A stretch of 64,000 nucleotides of DNA from Candidatus Multivorans sp. (GTDB lineage Bacteria; Acidobacteriota; Thermoanaerobaculia; Multivoradales; Multivoraceae), in the NCBI GenBank assembly GCA_965224025.1, contig OZ245033.1, forward strand, positions 2,848,001 through 2,912,000, read 5' to 3'. The position numbers and the translations under genes were made by a program. Of this stretch, positions 52,543 to 63,326 are shown piece by piece. A model generated the notes under the pieces. The model ran no database searches. It was not told where the DNA came from and was given only the letters and a program-made list of their open reading frames with translations. The number at the start of each line of letters is the position of its first letter. The stretch's first letter is position 1.

Positions 52543-53607
52543 TCAAGATCCCTGAACATCCGGTGCACCTCCCGTCGAGAAGGCCTTCGAGAACGGATCT
52601 GGTCGTAGAGTGCGTACATTTCCAGGGAAGAGAAGCCGAGACGGACGCACTGGTTGAGGCACAAGAGCGTCGGCGCTGCGTCGTACGTAGGGGGCATGAG
52701 GTGCGGCGATTGACGGGCCGTAATCATGGAGGCGGCGGTAAACAGATGGCCGAGCGCTGGCAGAAGACGCACGAATTTCCTGGCGCTTGTGGACTTCCCG
52801 AGGTCGCGGGGGTTGCCGTCTAAGGCCTGTTGCACGACGTTCAGAGGTTTGCCATTCATCCGCAGATCGAGCGCGTCCGGGAGCTTTGGTGCGGCATAGC
52901 GGACGCGGGCCTTGTCGGTCTTGAGTTTGCTGAAGCGTGAACGTACTCCGCAGCGCTTGGCGGAGACGGCCTTTGGCGTCTTCACCGTCGGCTGAAGCGC
53001 AGAGTCGAGAGACCACGTAGCGGTCAAGGTCCGAGGGAGGCGACGCCTGGTTGTGGACTCGATCAAGTACCTCGGTGAGTGGATCGTCGAGGTCCAAGCA
53101 TTGGTCGGTCTGACTGAAGATCTTGCGCAAGCTGGACCATCTCCGGTCGATCCTCGATTCTGTTTCGTTGAACCCCACTACTTTGCCTGGGATGACGACG
53201 ACGATCCCGGTGGCGTTCTTGCCGGCCCGTCCTGCGCGACCGGCGGCGTTGAGGAGCTGGCCGGGCAACGCACGCATCATTTGGGGTGGGCGGATGAGGA
53301 CTTTCTCGCGTATCGTGTCCGACTGCAGGTGCGCGGCGAGCCAGGAGATCACTTGGAAGACCCAACCGTCGCGGTGCTCAGACGACTGTCCCGGTCCGAC
53401 GCTTAGGAGCTTTCGGGCACCTTGGAAGCCGGCAGGGGTCGGCCCGGAAGGGCTATAGCCGGTCTCGTGGAGGATCCTCTCGACGGTCGCGACTTGGCCT
53501 GTCGCGACGCGGGCGAGCATACTCGCCAGTTCCGCTTCGTTCCTGACGGTCCACTTGGAACCGTGCCATCTTTGGCCTGTGCCGATCGGGGTAAAGGACA
53601 GGGGCAT
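52543..53607 (-). pseudogene. Fused remnants of a hypothetical gene and an SF2 (DEAD/DEAH) helicase C-terminus
   Basis: LLNAAGRAGRAG (helicase motif VI) joined to an unrelated N-terminus; no Walker A/B. Confidence 0.6.
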
Positions 53608-53849
53608 GACTTGGTCTGATCGTCCTGCGGAAGCAGGCGTGCGAGGTGTTGCCTTACAGCGTGCGGGTGACCTAGCCTTACGATGTCCTTCACGGGGAAC
53701 CAGTGGAGCCGAGCGGTTGACCGCTACACGCGGTGGGGCATCAGGGCACGGGTTGGCGATCCAGTCGGCACGAATCTGGTTGAACGACAGTATGTCTCCG
53801 CATGCTGTGCCAGGCAAGGCGTAGCTTCTGGCCCTCTTTCCTTCAGGTT

Positions 53850-55022
53850 TCAGGCCCAGTTTTCTTCGTGGAGCCGTGACCAAGGCACCAGCCGCGCACC
53901 GGAGCGCTGCTGTGTCTGGTCGCCGCCGTAGACCACGACCTTCTCGCAGGGGCGACCAGCCTGCTCGATCGTGGCGCCGACCCGCCGCGCCGAGCCGAGC
54001 AGCCGGGCGGTGGCGGTCTGAGAGGACTTCGCCTCCACCAGCGTCAGGCGGTCGCCACGCTCGATAATCAGGTCCGCCTCCGCGCCTCCCTGATCCCGGT
54101 AGAAGCACAGGCCGCCGCTTTCGCCGCGGTTCGTGCGGTGCTTCGCGATCTCGGTGACCATCCAGGTTTCGAACAGGGGGCCACGCAGCGGATGGGAGCG
54201 CAACTGGTCCGCAGACCGGATACCCAGCAGCCAGCAGGCCAGCCCCGCGTCGTAGAAGTGCAGCTTGGGCGACTTGACCAGGCGCTTTCGCAGGTTGGCG
54301 TGGAACGGCCGCAGCCGGAAGGCGATGAAGCCCGCTTCGAGCACGTCGAGCCAGGACCTGGCGGTGGGCTGCGACACACCGCAGTCGGCCGCGAGCGACG
54401 AGTAGTTGAGCAACTGGCCGGTGCGGCCCGCGCATAGCTCGACGAAGCGCTGGAAGGCGGCGAGATCGCTGATGTTGGCTACCGCCCGCGCGTCGTGTTC
54501 CAGGTAGGTCGCCGTGTAGGCGGCCAACCAGTCGGTGGGGGCGATTCCGCGGTCAAGGATGGCGGGGTAGCCGCCCGTGAACAGAGCGTCTTCCAGGGTG
54601 GTCGGATGGCGGTCGAATCGGAGCGATTCGCCGTGGGACAAGGGCAGCAGATGCAACACCGCTGTCCGTCCCGCCAACGACTGGCTGACCGTCTTGAGCA
54701 GGGCCAGATTCTGAGAGCCGGTGAGGATGAACCGCCCGGGCCGTGGGTCGGCGTCGATCAGCCCTTGGAGGTAGGAGGGCAGGTCAGGCGCGCGCTGCAC
54801 CTCGTCAAGGATGGCGCCGTCCGGAAACTGGGCCAGGAAGGCGCGCGGATCGTCGAGGGCGAGACCGCGGACGTCCGGCGCTTCCAGGTTGGCGTATGCC
54901 AAGTGGGGAAAGAGCGCCTGGCACAGAGTCGACTTGCCGCTCTGGCGGGGCCCGGTCAGGGTGACGGCCGGGAACTGCCGCGCAGCCTGAAGGAGGCGGG
55001 GAGCTAGGTCGCGGTCGATCAT
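53850..55022 (-). CDS. AAA_14/DUF4143 ATP-binding protein
   Basis: GPRQSGKST, ILDEVQ, FILTGSQ, GGYP, KSPKLHFYD, EADLII..EAK. Confidence 0.93.
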   Translation of the reverse strand: MIDRDLAPRLLQAARQFPAVTLTGPRQSGKSTLCQALFPHLAYANLEAPDVRGLALDDPRAFLAQFPDGAILDEVQRAPDLPSYLQGLIDADPRPGRFILTGSQNLALLKTVSQSLAGRTAVLHLLPLSHGESLRFDRHPTTLEDALFTGGYPAILDRGIAPTDWLAAYTATYLEHDARAVANISDLAAFQRFVELCAGRTGQLLNYSSLAADCGVSQPTARSWLDVLEAGFIAFRLRPFHANLRKRLVKSPKLHFYDAGLACWLLGIRSADQLRSHPLRGPLFETWMVTEIAKHRTNRGESGGLCFYRDQGGAEADLIIERGDRLTLVEAKSSQTATARLLGSARRVGATIEQAGRPCEKVVVYGGDQTQQRSGARLVPWSRLHEENWA

Positions 55023-55050
55023 GGCTGCGGCGGATTCTATGCCGCGGTCC

Positions 55051-55081
55051 GACAGATTCAAAATCGCACTTTGAATCTGTC
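55051..55081. promoter_or_regulatory. Perfect 12-bp inverted repeat over the promoter of the DUF4143 gene
   Basis: GACAGATTCAAA-N7-TTTGAATCTGTC; minus-strand TTGAAT-N16-TAGAAT overlaps it. Confidence 0.75.
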
Positions 55082-55155
55082 AACCCGATCGATCATCGGA
55101 TGCGAGTTCGACACGGGTAACATCGCTGCCCGGTTTCCAACCGAAGGCGGCGATC

Positions 55156-55270
55156 GTCGCCGAGGGCAAGCTGGTCGTCCCGGGCTGGATCGACATCCAT
55201 ACCCACTTCGACGCCCAGGTGTCCTGGGACCCGTACCTGACGCCGTCGTGCTGGAACGGCGTGACGGCGA
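55156..55270 (+). pseudogene. N-acyl-D-amino-acid deacylase-type amidohydrolase fragment
   Basis: [34 protein letters not shown]. Confidence 0.7.
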
Positions 55271-55419
55271 TCTGGCCGGTGGAGAGTCCGTCATCGCCGG
55301 CGCATTCGAGCTGGTTCAGGGGGTTCTCTTGAGGGTGAGGACGCGCTCCGCGGCTTGTCGGATGATCTGGAGGGCCTTGCTCGCGGACTGGGCTTCCTGC
55401 TCGAGATGCGCTCAAAGCC

Positions 55420-55545
55420 CGGATAACCGCGGTGCCGGCTCGACCTGGAAGACCTGCGGCTGCTGGTGCGCAGCTCCGTAGTACCGAGCGGCCGTCAAGA
55501 GCCCGGCATAGTAGGGGAGTCCCAGTGTCGCGGCCAGCCGCGCGA
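55420..55545 (-). pseudogene. AbiEi-like (type IV TA) antitoxin fragment
   Basis: YYAGLLTAARYYGAAHQQPQVFQV. Confidence 0.65.
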
Positions 55546-55598
55546 AGTCCGCCCGTTGGCCGGCCGCTCCCCTGGACGACTTGCCAGGCGGGCACGGA

Positions 55599-55615
55599 TG
55601 TGTAACGATTACACA
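55599..55615. promoter_or_regulatory. Palindromic operator upstream of vapBC
   Basis: TGTGTAA-CGA-TTACACA downstream of TTGCCA (55581). Confidence 0.6.
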
Positions 55616-55650
55616 CTCCATCCAGGACACCCTCAGGAGGATGAACCGAC

Positions 55651-55884
55651 ATGGCCCGACGCGTCAATATCATGATGGACGAGGACTCGTGGCGCGTGAT
55701 GCGGAAGCTGCCGCGCGGCGCCCGCAGCCGCGCTGTCAACGCCGCGATCCGCGAGTGGTCCGGGGCTTCCAGGAGGCGGGACGCTTCCGCCCGGATGGAT
55801 GCGCTGCGGGCGCGTCTGCCCGCAGTCCCGACAGATCGGATCGTTCGATGGATACGTGAGGAACGGGAGCGGCGGCGGCCGTGA
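55651..55884 (+). CDS. RHH-like antitoxin
   Basis: 77 aa, N-terminal RVNIMMD strand; GTGA overlap with the PIN toxin. Confidence 0.75.
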   Translation: MARRVNIMMDEDSWRVMRKLPRGARSRAVNAAIREWSGASRRRDASARMDALRARLPAVPTDRIVRWIREERERRRP

Positions 55885-56303
55885 TCGTCACGCCCGACGC
55901 GTCGGTGCTCCTGAAGTGGGTGCTTCCGGGTGACGACGAGCAGGACACGGACGAGGCGCTCGCGCTGCGTGACGAGGCCGTCGCCGGAAGCCTCGATCTC
56001 GTCGTTCCTCAGCTCTGGATCTACGAGGTGGGCAACACGCTGGCGAGGCGGTTTCCCGACGATGCCGGCGAACTACTGGCGACGCTGGCAGACTTCGGCC
56101 TGACCGAAGCGAGAATGGACGCGAGGTGGAGAAGCCGCGCCGTGTCCCTGGCCGTGACGTACAGCGTCGCGTTCTACGACGCGGCGTACCATGCCGTGGC
56201 GCTCGGCCTTGGAGGCGTGTTCGTCACGGCGGACGAACGATACCTGCGCCGCGCGTCGGACGCCGGAGGCATATCGTCCCTGCGGCGCTGGCGCATGCCG
56301 TGA
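55881..56303 (+). CDS. vapC: PIN-domain toxin
   Basis: DASVLLKW, YEVGN, FYDAAY, FVTAD. Confidence 0.9.
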   Translation: MIVTPDASVLLKWVLPGDDEQDTDEALALRDEAVAGSLDLVVPQLWIYEVGNTLARRFPDDAGELLATLADFGLTEARMDARWRSRAVSLAVTYSVAFYDAAYHAVALGLGGVFVTADERYLRRASDAGGISSLRRWRMP

Positions 56304-56330
56304 CCGACAGAGTCGCTGCCAGCTCGATCT

Positions 56331-57239
56331 CTAGGGCTCCTCGGTGTACTTCTCGCCAGCCTCCACCGCCACCGCGAGCCGATTCCGCGGCGTGGCCAGC
56401 GGGCACGTGGCGTATTCACTGAAGACGCAGGGCGGGTTGTAGGCCTTGTTGAAGTCGAGGATGGTGGCGCCGTCGGCGTCGGGGAGGTTGGCGGCGAGGT
56501 AGCGGCCGGCGGGATAGGTCGTGTCGCCGGTTGTGCCGTCGGCGAAGACGATGAAGAACCCATCGTCGGATCGGTAGGCCTCCAGCGACAGCGATTGCCC
56601 CTGGGCCTCGAACTCCAGGGTGCCGGGAACGGTCGGTTCCCAGCCGAGTCCCTCGACGACGGTGGCGACCCGGATCTTCCGGGGTTCGGGATAGGCCTCG
56701 AACCTTGCTTCGATCCGCCAGTCCTGGTCGGTGGGGTACGACTCGATGCCTGCGAAGGCCGTCACGGCGGGATGGTCGTAGTCGCGTAACCGCACTCCGA
56801 GCCGATCCATTCGCCGGATCACAGTCCACGACAGGGAGCCGTGGGTAAGCGGGGTGGGGCCATCCTCTTGATCGTCGACGAGGAGTATTTCGGTGACGGG
56901 AGATTCGCCGTGCAGGACCTCGACGCCCGGTTCGGCCCGGAAGGTGGCCGCGCCGTCCTCGACGACGAAGTTCCCGAGCTTCGGCGGCGCTGAGCCTTCG
57001 GGCGCGACGAGGTCGTTGCCGGCCGCGGTCCCGAAGCTGTTTGAGCCCTCTTCGAGCCAGTACAGGCCCGCCAGATTGAGCCAACCATCCGGGCCCTTGA
57101 GGCTCGCCACCCGATCGGCACGCCATTCCGCAAGAGCGCTCTCGTAGCGGGCAGGCTCTGCCTCCTCGCCCGTTGCCGGCTGAGCGAGGATGACCGCGGC
57201 CACCAGCAGCGCCCGGATTCGATGGTCGATTCCTGTCAC
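56331..57239 (-). CDS. DUF1684-family secreted protein
   Basis: GWLNLAGLYWL, TYPAGRYL, DFNKAYNPPCVFSEYATCPL, AGEK. Confidence 0.9.
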   Translation of the reverse strand: MTGIDHRIRALLVAAVILAQPATGEEAEPARYESALAEWRADRVASLKGPDGWLNLAGLYWLEEGSNSFGTAAGNDLVAPEGSAPPKLGNFVVEDGAATFRAEPGVEVLHGESPVTEILLVDDQEDGPTPLTHGSLSWTVIRRMDRLGVRLRDYDHPAVTAFAGIESYPTDQDWRIEARFEAYPEPRKIRVATVVEGLGWEPTVPGTLEFEAQGQSLSLEAYRSDDGFFIVFADGTTGDTTYPAGRYLAANLPDADGATILDFNKAYNPPCVFSEYATCPLATPRNRLAVAVEAGEKYTEEP

Positions 57240-57375
57240 CGTCTGAAATCCTAGGACCGCGAGCGGCAGGAACCTAGGAACTACGGTTTATTGAACCTGC
57301 GGCGACTGGGCCGACTGTTAGACTGGCGCGCGTAACGTCACAGTCGGATCCTGATCTTCAGCCCGGGAGTTGGAG

Positions 57376-59185
57376 ATGCACCAGCCACGACCGAGTCCGA
57401 GATGTCGCCCACGGGCGATTCGCGTGGGTTTCTTGTGTCTGTGTTGGCTTCTGGTGGAAGTTGGCTCTGCGTTCGCGGGCCCGCCTGTGACGCCGGCAGC
57501 CGCCCGGGCGTTCGACGCCGACGCACCGCACCGCGTGCTGATTTCGCGCCACTGCCTGGGTTGCCACAACAACCGGCTCAAGACGGCGGGACTCGAACTG
57601 GACGCCCTGGTGGAGCAGCACACGGGCCTCGACCGGGCGACCTGGGAGAAGGTCGCCCGCAAGCCGCGCGCGGCTACGAGTTCTCGATCCGTCTGGCCCG
57701 TGACCGCAACGAGCACGTCGAGGGTCTGCGCGAGCCGCACGACCTGGAGCTGCTGATCGACCGAGAGCGGATCGAGACCTTCACCGTCGAGCCGCCGGAT
57801 CTGATGAGCGACGTGGCGCTGAACTACCAGCCTTCCCAGGACGACGTCGACGATCACCTGGTCATCCGGGCGCCGGTGACGGCGTGGGCGCGGGCGATAC
57901 GCCAAGCCGGAAGAGTGTCTTCGTCTGCCGGCCGCGGAGCGCGGCCGGCGAGGACGGCTGTGCGCGGGAGATCCTGAAGCACCTGATGCGCCGCGCCTAC
58001 CGCCGGCCGGTGACGAACGACGAACTGCGAGGTCCCTTCGCTCTCCATGGCCAGGCGAAGGCCGACGGAGGATTCGAAGCCGGCATCGAGATGGGGCTGG
58101 CAGCGGTCCTGGTCAGCCCCGAGTTCCTGTTCCGGATCGAGCGGGCGCCCGAGGGCGCCGCGGCTGGACAGCCGTACCGGGTCAGCGACCTGGAACTCGC
58201 GTCGCGGCTCGCGTTCTTCCTCTGGAGCAGCATCCCGGACGACGAGCTGCTGTCCGCGGCGGAAGCAGGCGAACTGAGCGCCCCGGCTGAACTTGGGCGG
58301 CAAATCGAGCGGATGCTCGCCGATCCGAGGGCGGAGAACCTGGTCACCAACTTCGCGGCGCAGTGGCTGCACCTGCGCAACCTCGCCGCGGTCACGCCCG
58401 ACAAGCGCCTGTTCCCCGACTTCGACGAGAACCTCCGCCAGTCCCTGCGCCGCGAGACGGAACTGTTCTTCGGGAGCATCCTGCGCGAGGACCGCAGCGT
58501 CCTCGACCTGCTCCGGGCCGACTACACCTTCCTGAACGAGCGCTTGGCCAGGCACTACGGCATCCCGCACGTCTACGGCAGCCGGTTCCGCCGCGTCGAC
58601 CTGGACGACGAGAGCGCCCGCGGCGGGTTGCTGCGCCACGGCAGCATCCTGACCGTGACCTCCTTCGCCACCCGCACGTCGCCGGTCGTACGCGGCAACT
58701 GGGTGCTCGACAACCTGCTCGGCGTGCCGCCGCCCCCGCCGCCGCCCGACCTACCGGACCTGCCGAAGGCGAAGATCGTCGCCAGGGAGCTGCCGATTCG
58801 GGAGCGGCTCTCGGCGCACCGCGACAACCCGGCCTGTTCGGGCTGCCACCGGTTGATGGACCCGGTCGGTTTCGCACTCGAGAACTACGACGCGATCGGC
58901 CACTGGCGCACCGTGGACACGGGCACCCTGCTGGACAACTCGGTCTACCTCTACGGCAGCGGCATGGGCAACCCCAACGTCCACGACCACGTGAACCTGC
59001 CGATCATTGTCGCCGGCGGCGGTGGCCGGATTCGCGGCGGCCGCCACATCCGCCACGGCGAGCCGACGCCGATGGCAAACCACCATCTGAGTCTGCTCGA
59101 CAGCGTCGGCGTGCGGCTCGATTCCTTCGCCGACAGCACCGGCCGGATCGACACCCTTGCCGACCCGGTCCGTTTGGCGGGCTGA
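57376..59185 (+). pseudogene. Deleted DUF1592/DUF1588-type cytochrome-c protein fused to a DUF1552 C-terminus
   Basis: CLGCH, ELASRLAFFLWSSIPDDEL, TSPVVRG, CSGCH, then TLLDNSVYLYGSGMG..FADSTG. Confidence 0.85.
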
Positions 59186-59190
59186 AGGTG

Positions 59191-60914
59191 ATGCGTACCT
59201 GGGACCGCGGGCGTCCCGTCCGCATCGGCACCTGGGAACCCAGGTGGCGCGAATTCGCGCCACCTGCGAACCGCTCGGCGGGCCCGTCATCGGGCGCGCC
59301 GACGGCACGCGGGCATCCTGCCCGCATCCGACGAGTAGTGCGTAGGTCCGGGACTGGGTGCGCGGGCCTTCTGGCCCGCATCCGGCCGTCAGGCCGGGTT
59401 CTGGCTCCGGTTGCCGCGTTGACCGCCCTCCTCGCCGCTCCCGTCACGGCAGTAGCCGCCACCGCCGCAACCACCTCACCCCTCGCCGACGCCGCCGAAC
59501 GGCTCGACACCGCCACCCTCGAACGCCTCCTCGCCGCTCCGCCGGCTGTCGACCAAGTCAACGCCGCCCAGGTCGACGGCATGACCGCCCTCCATTGGGG
59601 CGTGTACCACGACCGCGGAGACGTCGTGGACCGCCTGCTCGACGCCGGCGCCGACGCCTCGGCCGCGAATCGCTACGGCGTCGTCCCGCTGTCCCTGGCC
59701 TGCGCCAACGGCAATCCGGAAGTCGTCGAATCGCTCCTGGCGGCTGGCGCCGACCCGAACGCCGTGCTGCCCGGCGGCCGCTCGGTGCGGCGACGCCGCT
59801 TCTCGTAGCCGTGACCAACGGTCACTTCGAACTGGCGGCCCGGCTGCTCGACGCGGGCGCCGACCCGAATGCCGCGCATCCGGGCTACACGCCGCTGCAC
59901 ATGCTGGCGCGCGTACGCAAGCCCGGCGCCGGGGACAACAACCCGCGGCCCGATGGCTCGGGCTCCATGGACGGCCTGGACTTCGTCCGCGACATGGTCG
60001 CGCACGGCGCCGACGTCGAGGCTCGCATGACGGTCAAGGCGCGCCTCAACAACACGAGCCTCAACGAGTTGGGGGCGTCGCCCTTCGTCCTTGCGGCGCT
60101 GGTCGCCGACGCGGACCTGATGCGGATGCTGGCGGAGTTGGGCGCCGACCCGCTGACCCGAACCGACGACGACTCGACGGCGCTGATGGCTGCGGCCGGG
60201 CTCCCCGCGCTGAGTGGTCTCCTCTTGCGACTGATCGCGGCGGTCCTGGGCGCGAACGACGGCCTGGTCTCCAACTTCAGCCTGGTCATGGGAGTGGCCG
60301 GCGGCACCGGAAACCTGGACTTTGTGCTGCTGGCGGGGACTGCCGGCCCGGACTCCGAGCCTGGACCGCATGGCGGCGGAGGGGATCCGGTTCACGCACT
60401 TCTACCCGGGAGCCACGGTGTGCGCGCCGTCCCGCAGCGTGCTGATGACCGGGCAGCAAACGGGGCACACCCATGTCCGCGGCAACGCTGCGCGAACTGC
60501 CCAGTCGCTTCGTGACGAGGACGTCACTGTCGCCGAGGTGTTGAAGTCCGCCGGCTACGCCACCGGGCTGTTCGGCAAGTGGGGCCTCGGCGAAGTCGAT
60601 ATGGAGGGGCATCCGCTCAAGCAGGGGTTCGACTCGTTCTTCGGGTACCCCCCGAGATTTACTACATCGAGCCGCTCGACGAGCGGGTTCCCGTCTACCA
60701 GAAGCCGTTCCGCCTGGTGCAGGAGGTCGTTGTGGAGGGTGATCGCGAATCGACAGCACAGCTCGCCGAGATCGATGCGTTGACGCTCACCGGCCGCCTC
60801 GACTACCAGGCGTGCGACGCCGGGATCTGTTTCAATCCGGCGTCGGTGCCGCTGACCTGGACGCTGGCCGTGTCGCCGCTCGACCGGCAGCGGGCACTCT
60901 CGGCGCGTGAGTAG
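59191..60914 (+). pseudogene. Chimera of ankyrin, VIT1/CCC1, sulfatase and DsbD-like fragments
   Basis: DGMTALHW (ankyrin); [22 protein letters not shown] (VIT1); [13 protein letters not shown] (sulfatase); YQACDAGICFNP (DsbD-N-like). Confidence 0.8.
59199..59382. repeat. Cluster of three REP-like palindromes
   Basis: CTGGGACCGCGGGCGTCCCGTCCGCATC, CGCGGGCATCCTGCCCGCATC, CTGGGTGCGCGGGCCTTCTGGCCCGCATC. Confidence 0.78.
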
Positions 60915-61031
60915 GGGCCAGTGGAGCTATGTTGTTACAATAGTTGGCCTAAAGGCGAGGAACTGGCTGAGAGTTCGACCTTGGTGGCCTGACGCGTCGG
61001 TGCGCGTCGCCCAAAGAGCAACACTGGCTCC

Positions 61032-61872
61032 ATGATCACGAAGACGGATCAACGTCCGCTGAGTCCGAACGCTGAACTGCCGCCTTTCCCCGAGGGTTGG
61101 TACTTCGTCGCGAATCGCGAGTCGATTCTGCGGAAGAAACTGATCGAGAAGACCTGGATGGGGCAGGAGGTCGTCGCCTGGTGCGACGACGAGGGTCGCA
61201 TCTGCATCTCCGACGCGATCTGTCCACATCTGGGGTCGCACCTGGGGCCGACGGTTGGCGGCAAGGTCCGCGACGGTTGCCTGGTCTGTCCGTTTCACGG
61301 CTTCGAATTCGACGCGACTGGGCAGTGCGTGGCCACTCCACATGCTCCGCCGCCCAGCGGCGCGAAGCTGAACGTCTATGAGACGGCAGAGATTCTCGGC
61401 ATGGTCTTCGCCTGGTGGGGCGCCGCGGGACGGCCGTCCCTGTGGCGCCTGCCGGACGAGCCGCCTGCGGGCGCCGAGTGGAGCAAGCTGAGATCCTGCA
61501 CCTTGCGGTTCCGAGGCCATCCCCAGGAAACGACGGAAAACTCCGCTGTGGGTCCTCGCCACACCGGTCGACTGGACGTTGTGCGAAGTGAGGCTGGTCA
61601 GCCAAATGCACAAGCTACGCAAGCCGGGGCGCTTCGTTGCCGGTCTCCGCTTTCTGCCGGTAGCCCTACGCCATCGGCTGCTGAACTACGTGATGAACGG
61701 GCAGGAGAAGCGCTACGTCAAGCAGGATGTCGTCATCTGGGAGAGGAAACAGTACAAGTCTCCCCCCCGGCTGTGCCGCGCCGACGGTCCCATCGGGAAG
61801 TATCGCCAGTACTGTCGGCAGTTCTATCCGGAACTCGAGGCGGAACGCAGGCCGAAACTGCGGGCCATCTGA
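61032..61872 (+). pseudogene. Rieske 2Fe-2S oxygenase (KshA/Neverland-like) with internal deletion near 61548
   Basis: CPHLG, CPFHG; ENS breaks before the D..H..H iron motif; QDVVIWERK and DGPIGKYR in another frame. Confidence 0.82.
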
Positions 61873-61894
61873 GGGAAGGGCGGCGTCTCCGGAA

Positions 61895-63326
61895 TCAGGC
61901 TCTCGCCTTCCGGAACCTCCAGCCATGGAGGATGCGCCCGTAGTGGTTGAAGGTCCGCCGGGCGCCCGGGTCGTCGAACGGATAGTCCGCTCCGAGTTGC
62001 CTGGCTGCGGCCAGGCCGGTAACAAAGCAGGTCTCCTGGCTGTTGACCAGGGTGTGCGCTCCGCAGTGCCACGTCCGTCTCCTGCCTTGAATGAACTGGA
62101 ACAGGGGGGACGAGGAGGGCGATGTGTCGCACGTCGTGAACGACGTGCTGGAACCACTGCTGGTGGACGATCTTGCTCTCGTCGATCCGGCTGATGGGGT
62201 TGTAGGTCACCAGACAGGGCTTGTCCGACCGGTTGGCCCACGGCTGCTGGTTGTGCATGATGTAGGTGATCTCGTAGTTGTCCGGCCGCCCGCCGTACTG
62301 CTCGATGTGGTTGCTCCGCGTTTCGAGCGGTCTGACCTCGTTGTCGGGAAGAACCGAGGAGTCGCTGTGCACGACGGTGTTATTGTGCAGCTCGTTTTCG
62401 TAGCGAATGGAGGAGAGGAGATAGCGCTCCAGCATCGTGGGCCGGTCGAGCATCATCAACGTCTGGTTTGCGTTGCAGGCGAAGATGACGTCGTCGAACG
62501 TCTCCCGTACCCCGTCCTCGTCCTCGACCACAACGCCGGACGACTGCCGGTACACCTTGCGCACCGGACGTCCGAGGCAGACCCGGTCCCGGAAGTCTGC
62601 TGACAGCGCCTCGTAGATCAGTCGGGTCCCCTGGTCCCAAGTCCTCATGGGCGTGGCGCGTTCGATGTCGACGAACTCGAGATAGCGGGCGAACAGCGCG
62701 GCCGGCATGTCGAAGACGTTCGTCGCCATCAGGAAGTTGACGAACATCGGTTTCAGAACCTTGTACCGGAAGTCTCCGGACAGACCGTACAGATTCAGCA
62801 CCGTGCCCATGCTGATGTAGTTGAAAGGGTTGAGAGCGTTCAGCACTCTGGACCGGGCCCTGGTCAGAAAGGCGAACCGTTTGATTCTCTTCAGGACGCG
62901 CTGGAACTTCTCGATCTCGTCCTGCAGGTCCCGTCGTATGTCCGAATCGAAGTCGTGAGCATAGACGCCGCCTCGGTACCGGACGCTGTAGCTGAAACGG
63001 GTCTCGAGCAGTTCGATGCCGAACTCCTCGAGAAGCAGCACGACGTGATCGTAGACCGAAGGAATGCACGCGGTGACGGAGATGTCGAAGGGGATGGAGC
63101 TGCCGTCGTCCTGCGGCATGTCGGCGGTCACCGCGTTACCGCCGAGCCGGTCCTGGGCCTCGTACAGCAGGAAGTCGAAGCGGTCGGGATTCTGGCTGAG
63201 AGCCCAAGCGGCGCCGAGGCCGGACATGCCTCCGCCGACGATGGCGATGCGTCGCGCCACGGGGACCGTCTCCTGAGCCAGCCCAGCTACGCCAGTCGAG
63301 ACGACGGCGTCAGGCGGTAACCTCAT
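61895..63326 (-). CDS. FAD-dependent oxidoreductase (amine-oxidase-like), frameshift near 62105
   Basis: IAIVGGGMSGL, EAQDRLGG; C-terminus QGRRRTWHCGA..ETCFVTGL restored by removing one base from a G6 run. Confidence 0.82.
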
